A DNA stretch of 64,000 nucleotides from the human T2T-CHM13v2.0 reference genome, Homo sapiens, in assembly GCF_009914755.1 (NCBI RefSeq), contig NC_060941.1. One strand, written 5' to 3'. Position numbers and translations under genes: made by a program. The notes below the pieces were generated by a model, which searched no databases, had not been told where the DNA came from, and saw only the letters and a list, made by a program, of their open reading frames with translations. Shown here in pieces: positions 31,596 through 45,989 of this stretch. Positions within the stretch are counted from its first letter, which is position 1; each line of letters begins with the position of its first letter.

Positions 31596-34500
31596 CAGGG
31601 CCAGTTATTGGGTTCAAGCTTTTTAGCCCTAGACCCTTGGCTCAACTATGAATAGAATGGGCAAAGCCTTCCTTTCTCTTCTTGTGCATGCTTTCAACAC
31701 ACTCAGTCTTAGTGATAAGAGACAGTCATTCAGTACATGGCAGTTTTCTGCCATTTTATTAGATGCTTTGCATAATTAAATGAGAGAAGATAATCTAAGT
31801 AATCACCTAATGAAATCTATTGTAGAAATTCAAAATCCCTTTTAAAAGTTAACCTGCAATATTAAAAACTCAGAAATATTAATAAGAGTATTCTATGTAG
31901 GAGGCTTTTGAAAAACTCATAGTTCTATAGGAAAATTAAGATAATTAATAGACAAACATATCATTTTTTTAGCTTATTCTTTTGATTTTTAGACTTAGAA
32001 AACAAAACAAGACATACAGGCATGTGTGTTGAGATACATACACCAGCTCATCTGTTCACAGGTCAGTTTCAGGTGCTGAGCTGTTACTCTGCCCCAGTCT
32101 AACCAACTGCTACTCAATTATTATTCCTAGGAAAATTCCTGTCCCTGGATAACAAGAGCAACCATTTCCACAGTGCTTCAGGGATTCGGTTTTTAGCCAC
32201 AAAGCCAGGCATTCAACCCAGCAACCTGAGCTACCACCTTAGCTGAAGAACAGCCACTGTGGAGTTCTTGCTGGCTGCAGCCTGTGTGCTCGCTCACACA
32301 TGGGCACAGTTCTGAGATGAGTATGCAATTACCTTCTTTGCTGACAGCTCTGACAGATAAAGGTCATCCTCTACCACTTGCCAAATTCAGGAATCCCAGA
32401 ACAACCTGATTCAGAAGAATGTGAAAGAGAGAAGGGAGTTTCAAGTCCTACCTACACAGTTCAAAAGCACAAAACCTTACCTGCTGCACTGCAGGAGGCA
32501 GAAGTGAGAGGCAAGAAGTAGGTAGGCATAGAAAGAGAATCTAGGAGATGCTTTCCTTCTCTTGCGAAAGCCTGGAGGGGACCCAAATTCCTTTATTCTG
32601 CTTGGGCTTGGCTTGGCCCTTCTTCTCCCTACCCCCATCTTTTCAGAATCACCAGCTGCTGTGGTTTCTCCTTCCCTTTTATCTTCAAATTTCCTCCTTC
32701 CTGAACTACCATGTTCCTATCTTTGTGTTAAAGATTCATCAGATGCTAAAGTCCACAGCTGCTAAAAAACAAATAAACACAGCACACAAATCAGGATTTG
32801 AATTACACATTTATTGTGAACAATCATTTGTTAGCCTAAATGAGACCCTACACTGATCGTATCCAATTACACAAAAGACTGCTGGTCAAAACACATGCGC
32901 TGAAACCAACTCACCTACCTTAGCAGAAGTACTGGGAATCTGACAGACCTGGGTTCCAATCATGCCTGCACCACTTACCTCCTGCCAAGGTAGGTGATGC
33001 TTATCCCTCAGACACTTGCTTTGCTCACCTGTAAAAGGGTCCAGGTGGCTTACTGCCCAGTTTCATGCCTCCCTGGCCCCTACACCTCACCCTCTGTTCA
33101 AGCCATAGTGATTTTTCTCCTACTGACAGTTTATTAAGGTACAATTTGTTTAGACTTTATAAAGAAATCATAAGCATATGGTTTTTTAAACACTAATATT
33201 ACTATTCATAATAATAGCTGACATTTAAGCTCACCTTATGGCCCAGGTACCCCAGGTGCATTATCTCCTGTATTTCTGTCAATTCCCTACGATTTTACAG
33301 GTAAGAAAAGTGGTGAGAGAGGGGATGTGATTTGCCTTCCAATGTCTACAGAGTGGCAAATCTGGGACTCAAACCAAGTGTTCCTGACTCCAAGGTGTGG
33401 GATGCTACCTCAGCTCCATGGCACGGCCCCACCTGCAGTCTGGCTTGTGCCTAGTCACCCCTCAGGTCATGGCAAAGACGGCACTTCTCCTAGGAAGCCT
33501 CCCTCCTCACCTAGGCTCAGTTCTCTGGTACTCTCCCATCACTGTATCTGTTAACTACCTGGTTTACTAAACTGAGTTATAAACTCCACAAGAGCAGGGA
33601 TCATCATGTCTGCCAACCACAACTGTAACAAATGTTTGTTGACTGAATACATGAGGGAAGCCTAATTCAGAGGTGGCTGTGAGGATTAAATGAAATCTAT
33701 GGGAAGCAGGAGTAAGCAGGAAGGCTAGCGAGCCCCTCACAGCTTATAAGTACAGTGCTAGCTGTGTGAGACGAACAAGCAAAGGAAGAAGCTGACGCCC
33801 TAATAAGTGCAAGGAGCTGTAGAGGTTACTTAGAAGACTTGGTCACTCTTCTAAAAAAGAAAAACCAAGGTAAAAATGCAAAATAGCACAGAACAAGAAA
33901 ATAACCCCAGAAACCAAAGATTTTCAGGACAGAAATCGGATGGGCTAAGTCTTATCTAGAGCAGAGAGGGGTATTGTGACTGGAGCCCATGTTTCCTGCC
34001 CCCTATCTAAGGCTCTTTCCAGAACACTACAGGCTTTGACAGGAAATCTTGAGAGGATCACAGGAGTTGCTACTTGACCCCACTGTCAGGAACCAGGTTG
34101 CAGACTGGCCTTAGGGAGGCTCAGGACAAGAGGCTGAGGCACAACTTTCCTCCAAGCCTCCCTAATTCTGCCCCTTCACACTCCTACTGACCTGAAACCA
34201 GGTTGCTCTTGCAGAAAGCAATTTCCCGGTGCAAACCTAATCACCTTTTGATACCATTAATCAGCCATTTCCCCCCACCCAGGATCTGACCAAGTCCCTG
34301 GATTAAGCTGCAAATGAAATTTCCAGATTTCAGCAATTGTCGAATCTTGAGAGAAGCAGCAACTCCAAGGTCTTCATCCTGTTCTCCATATAGTGCCCAA
34401 CTATCCACTGCTCAGCTGTTCTAAAATTCTTAAGCCTGAATTTCTTACCAGGTAAAGTATTCATCCAACCTTGTTATGAGACATGGGAATGGGTATAGAG

Positions 34501-36930
34501 AGATATGGCATATAGATAGCAACATTCCATTTCAACAGCTCAACCGAAAACTCTGAGATGCTCTCAACCCACACTAAAGTGACTCAGACAAGCTTTGTTT
34601 CTTTCTGAAGCTAGAGCTGTTAAAATGGACACAGTGCACCCCGCTGGGGACAATGACCCAGTCAGCCAGGCTGCAGCTGTCTGGCCCACAGACTGGTCCT
34701 GTGATGGCATTTGTAAAAGGTCAGGGGTTTCTCTCAATTCTCTGCTGGATTTAGAAGCCACGTATGGCTGAAAGTACAAAACCACAATCTATAAAGGGGC
34801 CATTTAATATTTTAAAAGATTAAAAGCTACAATTAACCTTTTGCAAAATAATAAAGTCTGGAAGAACTACTACCGTGCTTTCAGTTACAGTGCCAATCAG
34901 AAGTTCAAGGCCAATGCTCTATTGCTCAGCTTGATACTGAGCTGACCAGAGAAAAGTGCCAGCCCTATAGCCCGAGGAAGTGATGAGAATTCAGGCACTG
35001 TGTGCCTGGCTGACAGCAGTAACAATGCAGCATGTTTTCACCCTGCTGACATGTGGCTGTGCTGGCATTTCAGTCCACCTGTCATTCAGATCCCTGTATC
35101 ATTGCTTCATCAAGTGTATCAGGGAAGGAGCAAATCCTACACAAGAATAGAGCCAGGGCCTGAGGCCCCTCCTGTTGAAAATCATCTCTGAAGCACATAA
35201 AAAGGTAATTACTCTCTGTCTCCAAAACTAAAACATAAGCAGGATTTTGTCTTTACCAGGCCTAAACCTTTTTTGATGTATTAATGGTTTAGGACCAGCA
35301 TCATCAGTATCAGAAACACAGCACCATAGATCATGGAGTTTGAGAATATGGCAGGGGTGGGACCGTCTAATAAACTTTATAGGTCCTGAGATACAAATTT
35401 GATTTTACCCATGAAAGGCAAGCAGACCCACAGACATCCAGAATTCATACTATAAATGATAGCCTTAAGCAGGGAGTCAACATTCAAAATAAATGCTGCT
35501 CAAAGACACTATAAAGAACATTAAAAAAAGAAAAGAAAGAAAGCCCATTAGGGGAGGGAAGCGCCATTAATACCGTCCACATCCTCCAACTGCCTGCTTC
35601 AAGGTCACCTTCCCAGCAGTGACACTAGAAGCACTGGAGTCAGGGCTAAAGCCACAGCTTTATCCTGCTCTCCTATCCTCCAGTGCAGAATCTCCCAAAC
35701 TCAGGTGGCCATAGAACATTTTTGAAATTATAATGCACTGACAGACAGTAATAGAATAGGAGATAACGTGGATTCAAATTAGAAAGGTAAAATGATCTCA
35801 GATGAACCACTGAAATGACCAAGGTCTGAGTTACATTAATACATGATAAACATTAAATCATATTAACAAGGGTTAAAATTGTAAGATAAATAGATCAGCA
35901 AGCAAATAAATTAGCAGCCTCTGTCACTTTTCAGATCACGCATTCTATCAAACAACTTTTTGGGTATGTACAAATATATACTTTACTTATAAGTTATACA
36001 CATGTCCCAATATATACAGCTTTTATATAAAGTACAGAATAGAAATAAAGAGCAAAAGATGAAATAATTATCCTTTTGATAATTTTTAGTTTTTCCAGTA
36101 TGACAGCTTTGTACTATCTTCAGCTGACACCTTAAGGCACAATACATACACTCAAGGTGAGGATCACTGTTGATGATCCTGAGTGTAAATCTGTATTTCA
36201 GAGTCTTACTGATAATTTCCAAGGTTTTTGGCCAAAAGTCGATATATGGTCATCTGTATGTTAAATATCAGCAAGGCTTATTTACTTTCTCAACTAGAAA
36301 GAGCAAAGACTGATACAGACGGAAACTTTACTGTTTTCTTCTTGATTAGTGTCTTCTGCAACCCATTTGAACACCACTGAAAGAAGCAATGGAATGAAAA
36401 CAGTGAGTCAACAACTATGGCCTGGGCACCCACAAAAAAACACGCTCATGCCCTAGAACCATCTTGCTGGCAAACTCATCTTTGGAGTACAGCAAACCTC
36501 TTCTTAACGGCTAATTATTGAACAATAATTACAATAAGAATCTTCGATGTTTTTGCTACTTTTCTTACAGAGTTCAGAAGGTATTTTCAGGATGCTAAAA
36601 ACTGTACTTATATATAGGTAACCAGAATTACAATTCAGCCATGCCATAAGTTAATGAACTGAGTGAAAAACTGGCAAAATGTTGACAATTGTTGAAACTG
36701 GGTGTCAGGCACATGGGGGGTTCATTTTACTATTGCCTCTACTTTTGTCTGTATTTAATATTTTCATCAATAAATAGTTTAAAAATGAAAGTTCAAAAAA
36801 GTCATTTTGGGACTACCTGACATCCTTAACCATATTGTTCCTATGGAATTCAGGAAGCACGTTCCACACAGCTGCCTCTCCAACTTCAACACAAGGGGTA
36901 CCTTCTGGTAAGTGAGGGCTGCCTGCATCA

Positions 36931-37128
<198 letters not shown>

Positions 37129-38327
37129 CTATTCTACAAGGGGCACTGGGAAATAGCCATGTTTATAAAAACCATACATAAAAACTCAGGTAACCCATTA
37201 TAGGGGCAGGATATTTTCAGTAAAGTATAATGTAGAAAGAAATGCACTCACATTTCTTGTCCTTACTCTAAGTTATAAGAGACCAACAAAAAGCAATCCA
37301 AGTCTCTTTGGGCTGCATGTAATGGCCATTTTCTCCTAAAGACTTGCTTACTCTAATTTCTTGAAAGAATTTCAAGAAATTGAGATTAAATTTACAAATT
37401 GGAATTTCTCCTCAAAATTGATCATGTCCTCCCCCCAAAATTATTCTTTTATATATCAAAACCAAAGCCTATATTCAGGGAACCTATTTTTAAAACCTAT
37501 CCCTCTTATTAAATATCTACATGTGACACAATCTAAAGAAAAAAAAGTTCTCCAAAATCCATTTCTATTAGTTTCTGCAATGGCCTAAATATAATTTTAG
37601 TCAAACTTGCAGGCCATATCTTTAAAAAAGAGATGGATTATCACTCTGGAAACCAATATGCTACTGCTGTGTTCTGCTGGTGGTTTATAAATCTGAGATA
37701 AAGAATTTGCTCGTGAATATAATTCAAAATTGCATCTGAGTCATATACTCAAACATAAATCCAAGACCCTTATGAAATCTTCAGGAAGCTTTTCATTATA
37801 AACATGTAGAAAGTTAGTGTGCAACAGGAATGGCTCTGAATTAAAAATAATCCTGGGCAAGGGACCATCTGATTTGGCTAAGCAAACATGCCAAGTGCAG
37901 TTTGCTGACTCTAAATGCCCCATTTTCCCCGTGCCCAAACCCACCCTTTCCCAAGGTCCCCAGCTTAGGGCATCTAGACAGTCACCCAACATAAGAACTC
38001 CTGAAGGCTACCACACAGGGGGTGTCACTACAGGGATGCCCTTGGTCTGTGGCACACACGAGGCTCTTTGCCTTGAGCTAACCTGCCCAGCCCACCATGC
38101 TCTAAGTCCTATGAGCTTCTTCTCACATTTTGGTATTGGCCTTTGTGCCAATACCATGTGCATTCACATGCCACTTCCTGTTGAATGCCTGTAGCAACCT
38201 TTCTCCTATTTGCTGCTTCTCATCAGCTATGAACTCCAACATACTAAGAACAAGCAAGCTTTGGAGGAGGTCCTAAGAATTCTTCTGTGGACTTTGTGAC
38301 AGCTCTTTGGCCACATAGAGGTCTTAC

Positions 38328-40700
<2,373 letters not shown>

Positions 40701-41459
40701 AGGGATTTCTTTTAAAAAGCAACATCACCAGGAGATGACAGGGTCAATACCAACTCACTGCTCAAATCTTCTGATAAAATCTCACTCCTTCATTCATCTA
40801 CCCATCCATTCAGCCAACAATTACCTATCACATACCTAATACGTGGCAGGTGCTGAGGATACAAGATGAACAAGATGGACAGGGCCTATGCATTCATGAA
40901 GCTTATGGAATATTAGGGAAGACAGATAACAGTAAACTTGGGTCCTAAAGTTAATGTCAACGCTGCTAAATGTTTTAAAGTACCATAGTTTAAAAACGGT
41001 TCCCAAGAGTATAATCTCCCATTCAGTAAAATTAACTAAGTCCAAAGAACATTTGCATTTGAAATTAGCTTGTAACAGACAGCATATCCTTCTAATTCAT
41101 AGTAGTGTCCCTTTTCTAAATAGAGAATGCATTCAGCCCAGTTTCTAAAAACAACACCGCATACCCAACAAAAGACTTCAGGCTAAAATATACTTTTCCT
41201 CTTTAGTAATGAAACCATTCTAAACAAGTTAAGGCTAAGAATGAAAAAAGAATTACCAAAGTGATCAGAGTTGTCCAAACAGCAATAAGGAAGAATAAAT
41301 GCTTAGTCTATGACAGTTTGCTTGGATTAGGGGTGTCAGTCTATGAGAGCATTAAAGTACTTGTTCTCTACAAGGAAAATTCAAATACGTTTATCCTAGC
41401 CACTGTGGGCAAAACACCTTCCTTAAAAGAAAACACTGTCCTACAAGGCTCCACCACAC

Positions 41460-41610
41460 ACTAGCTGTGTGACCTTGGGCAATAACTTAACTTCTGTGGG
41501 CCTCCATCTGCATGAGCACATATACGCTAACTGAACAGGGTTGTGACGAGGATTGAATGAGATAATACACCCAACACTTAGCCCACTGCAGTGCTCAGCA
41601 TCACAGTGTT
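41460..41610 (+). mobile_element. MIR (other MIR fragments near 18780, 32950, 33300, 43060, 47370, 59500, 63500)
   Basis: Core CTAGCTGTGTGACCTTGGGCAA...GAGGATTGAATGAGATAAT. Confidence 0.65.
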
Positions 41611-42724
41611 GCCTTTATTCTTCCAGTGATCAGATCAAAGCAACCAGGCTGTGCTATAACATTAAAATCCCATTCCATCGGCACCCTGTGTAGTTAGTAA
41701 ACTCTTGACATATCACAGTGATTGGATTGACACTAAGTAATTTACATCTGAGAAGAGGGTAGGAAAAAAACACTAAAGATTGACTGGATTAAAATTAAAA
41801 TCTTCCTAAGACAAGTCAGTGCTCAAACCAGTTTAAACTGAATGCCACAGTCAGTCATTAGGTACTAGAGTTAATATAAGCGCAATTTTTCCTTGCTAAA
41901 GTTAGCACGAACTTACTTGGAGAGCACGTACTTCAGGTAGTCACTGCACCACCCTATCAGAAAAAGCTCAGCAACCACGCGTGAGTCATTTTTGCTCCAC
42001 TTCATTTATTAACGCTAAGCTCAAGGGTGTCACATCCACAAGACTCAACACAGCTTCTCTTAAAGAAGAAAGTGTCATAACATATTGCCATGTGAAAGAA
42101 AGAAAAAAGGTCAGACTGCAAAATATATGATCCTATTAAATCAAAACAAAAAGAGTGGGTGAGTATGCATGTATGTGATGCATATCTTCATATATGCAGA
42201 AATTTTAAAAACCCAAAAAACTAGGATATATACCAAATCATTAACTGTAATTCCCTTCCACTAGTGTGATCAAAAAATTTTTTTTCTTTGGGTTTCCTGT
42301 GTTTTTAAAACATTAACCATGTATTTCCTTTGAACAAGGAAAAAAGTCAATGAAATTTAAAAACAAATATTATTTTGGATCCTAAAAGAATTCTCCCCAA
42401 CCCCCAGCTTTTTTTTTTTTTTTTTTTTTTTGCAATAGGGACATCACGCTGCCATTTTTAGAGCATTCTCATTTAAATAGATGGGAGAATAATACCTTTA
42501 ATTTAACTAAGAAGCCAAACAAGCTTTGAATTTGAAAAGCTAAAGATTAAAACCAATAATTAAGGTTCAAAATTGCTCCAGGGAAACGAAGTTCTCCTTT
42601 TCATACATCTCCTGTAACACAAGGAATTCTCCAGGCAGGTCTAGGCATGAACCTTCTGCAGAGAGGTGTCATGGGAAAAGCAGGAAGAGGACACACAAAG
42701 GCTCCAAAGCCTACCTCTGTTACT

Positions 42725-43033
42725 TATTTTATTATTATTATTATTATTTTTGAGACAGAGTCTCACTCTGTCACCCAGGCTGGAGTGCAGTGGCGCAATC
42801 TCAGCTCACTGCAGCCTCAGCCCCCAGGCCCAAGCAATTCTCCTGCTTCAGCCTCCCAAGTAGCTGAGATTACAGGTGCACGCCACCAAGCCCAGCTAAT
42901 TTTTGTATTTTTAGTAGAGACAGGGTTTCACTATGTTGGCCAGGCTGGTCTTGAACTCCTGACCTCAAGTGATCTGCCTCCCTCAGCCTCCAAAGGTGCT
43001 GGAATTACAGGCGTGAGCCACCATGCCCAGCCT
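42725..43033 (-). mobile_element. Alu (S-type) with (ATT)n tail
   Basis: Full dimer. Confidence 0.93.
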
Positions 43034-43219
43034 CTATTACTTATTAAGTAGCAAGACACCTTGGACAATGACCACCTCTCTCAGAGCCTGAATCTCCTCA
43101 TGTGTAAAACTGGAAGCATCAAACTCCTGGATGGTTATGAAGCTGAATTAGATAACTTTTATAAAGCAGTGGTCTCTAAACTTTTCTGGCTTTCCACCTT
43201 ATCTCTAAAAACATATACA

Positions 43220-43514
43220 ATCAGCCCTCTATATCCATGGATTCAATCAACCTTGGATTGAAAATATGAAATTAAAAAAAATAATAACAATCCAACAGTA
43301 AAAAAGATACAAATTTAAAAATACAGCATAATAACCATTCACATTATGTTAGGTATTATAAGTAATCTAGAGATGATTTAAAAGTATACAGGAGAATGAG
43401 CATAGGTTATATATTAATACAAATACTATGCCATTTTACATAAGGGACTGAAACATTCATCGATTTTGGTATCCTTGGGGGGGGTCCTGAAACCAATGCC
43501 CCCTTGGATACTGT
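43220..43514 (+). mobile_element. MER2 (TcMar-Tigger) MITE
   Basis: TTAGGTATTATAAGTAATCTAGAGATGATTTAAA; GATTTTGGTATCC...GGTCCTGAAACCAAT. Confidence 0.75.
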
Positions 43515-43602
43515 ACATAAATGTGTGTGTGCATATAACTTACAAACTATATAAGTTCTAATTGTACTTTTATAGTGTGTATACACATAACCAGAAATTT
43601 TA

Positions 43603-43755
<153 letters not shown>

Positions 43756-44345
43756 CGATAGATTAGACAGCTAGATGAATGTTTCTTCCTGCTTCCCAAT
43801 GAATTGTCCCAGGGACCCCTCAGGAGGCCCAAAAGCCTGACATCTGATATGCAGTGAAAGATGACATCTTTCTCCATCCCATTCCCCACCGTGCAAAGGA
43901 AAGAGGAGCACCAGCAGGGGCCAACAGCTGACATTAATTTGCCTTCTCTTCTTCCTTCCCTCCTCTTGCAATTCCGGGAGTATTTAACCCTTCTTCAAGG
44001 TCTCAAGAATAGTGAACCCTAACAGACTCAGCCATTAAAAATGCTCAGCAAGTAGCACATTCCAAGTAAGTTTAGAGACAGACCAGAACAGGAACTGATG
44101 TAAACACTATTCTCTAGAGTCACAGAGATCTTTCAGAAACTACTTTGTGAATCTGCAAAGCTTGGGTTAGAATGAGGTTTACCAGATGAGTTGACTGGGT
44201 GCCTGGAGAATGAAGTGGCCCCAAGCTCTTAAAAAACACGGCCTGTGCAAAAATCTTTAACAGCTAACCAAAAAACAAGTCAGATCTAAAATACGGCTGT
44301 ATGTGAGAAGTGTGTGTACTAGCCAGCTCCCGGGGAGAGGCTTAC

Positions 44346-45989
44346 CTTCAGTATTTCAGGTTCTTTGATATCCAGAGATCTTGTGTTCCAGTGTCGCAGA
44401 TTTTTGTGTAACTTGTGATATTTATGAGCACTTGGTGGTGTAAAAAACCAAATCACGCAAACTGCAGTCATGAATCCAAGGCCAATTCCCAGAAAGAGTC
44501 CACTCACATAGTGGGGGAGGGGGAGGATGAGGTACACATAGACACACATTATAAAGAAGCCCAACGTCTTCACTGGCAATTCCGGGTGCTGCACGGCCGA
44601 GTCCACCTCGTCCTCACTGTCAAGGACCACACCATCTTCCGCGAGCACCTCTGGCTTGAGAGGAATATCTGAGAGCTTATCAACTTTACTCTCCCCCTCC
44701 GTTTCCAAATCGAAGTCCTCAGTGTACAGTTCACAAAACTCTTCATCTTCTTTGCTCACTAAGGCAGACAAAGAACATTTCTCCAGAACTAGAGAACTTG
44801 TCTTCAGGCCTAAATCCTTCAGACTGCTCCCCTGGGAACTTTTCAGTTCTATCTCTCTTGTGGGCTCACCAGTGGACTTTGGGTGGTCACTTCTGGGGAT
44901 GTTGGAATCACTTCCGTAGCCATCCCCCTCAGAATCACACTCCTCCTCCTTGATGCTGTAGTTGTTATTGCTTTCCAAGTGCCCATTCAAGCTGGACAGA
45001 TTGGAGAGTTCTGAAGCACTTGAAGATAAGGCTTTGGGCCTATGGCTGCCACTTTCTTCCCCTATAATTTTACTAAGGAGCTGAAAAGGCTCATAGATGA
45101 CTTCTGAAAGGCGTCGTTTAGTATCTTCAATTTTAGCCTCCATTTCGGGCACTTTAAAAAAGGAACGAGTATCAGAGGGAGAAGTCAGTGGGGAAGAAGG
45201 TGCAGTTTTGGAATCTCCACCTGTGTTTCGGGGCTGTGTGAACTGCTTGAACAGGTGTAAGTTCAGTTTGGAATCAGGTGGCTTATAGGACACTGTATCC
45301 GACTCCTGCCGGGAAGTGTCCGTGGACAGAGACTTGACTAATGTCTTCATCAAGTGCCTGTGCCTTGCGGGGTGTGGGGATTCTTTTGGCTCCACCTCGG
45401 TCGACAGGGACTTCACAAGGCTCATGAAGGGTTTTGCACTGGAAAGGGTGGAGGTTGAGGCACTGGATGAGAGGATGGGAGACTTAGAAGGAGAGGACAA
45501 TGGGGAGGAAGAACTGGTTTTCTGCTCAGAAAGGGATGACACACTGGGAGAGCTAGCTAAGGGCCCCGACGAAGACGACCCTGGGGACACAGCCAATGGC
45601 ACTGTACTTAATACTTGTGCTGCTGGAACAGGGGACTCCAACAGCTTTACAGTGTTCTTGGAGACGGGCAAAATGGCAGGGGCCTGGGACACGGACAGTC
45701 CATCTGCCAGGACAGGCGAGGCAGCAGGGCCGGCGGGGTCATGGCCAACTTGGGGTTCAAGATAGAGGTCTTCCTTGGCTTCCAGCCCTGTTACAATGCT
45801 TTGGTCATCCAGCCCCTCCTCAAAGTACTCCCTGAACTCCTCCTCCTCTTCCTCCTCCTCCTCGCCGGATGCCGAGAAGTGAATGGCGATGGTATCTCGG
45901 GACACGGACCTCTGCACGTGCACTTTAGGGGCTGATGGTTTTGGCATGTCAGTGGTTTTCTCGGCATGGCGACCATACAGACTTGTCAT
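44346..45989 (-). CDS. TEX2: TEX2 first coding exon (exon 2; whole exon 46014-44346): codons 1-548, Ser/acidic disordered N-terminus plus hydrophobic membrane hairpin
   Basis: Long ORF MTSLYGRHAEKTTDMPKP...KEPEILK recognised as TEX2. Acceptor ttttcacag|AGCC at 46014, ATG at 45989, donor AAG|GTAAG after 44346; 1644 coding nt, phase 0. Hydrophobic stretch LGFFIMCVYVYLILPLPHYVSGLFLGIGLGFMTAVCVIWFF. Confidence 0.97.

Noticed and set aside
44415-45935. Plus-strand ORFs antisense to exon 2 (up to 149 aa)
   Set aside because: Expected shadows of a GC-rich coding exon; no independent gene signals
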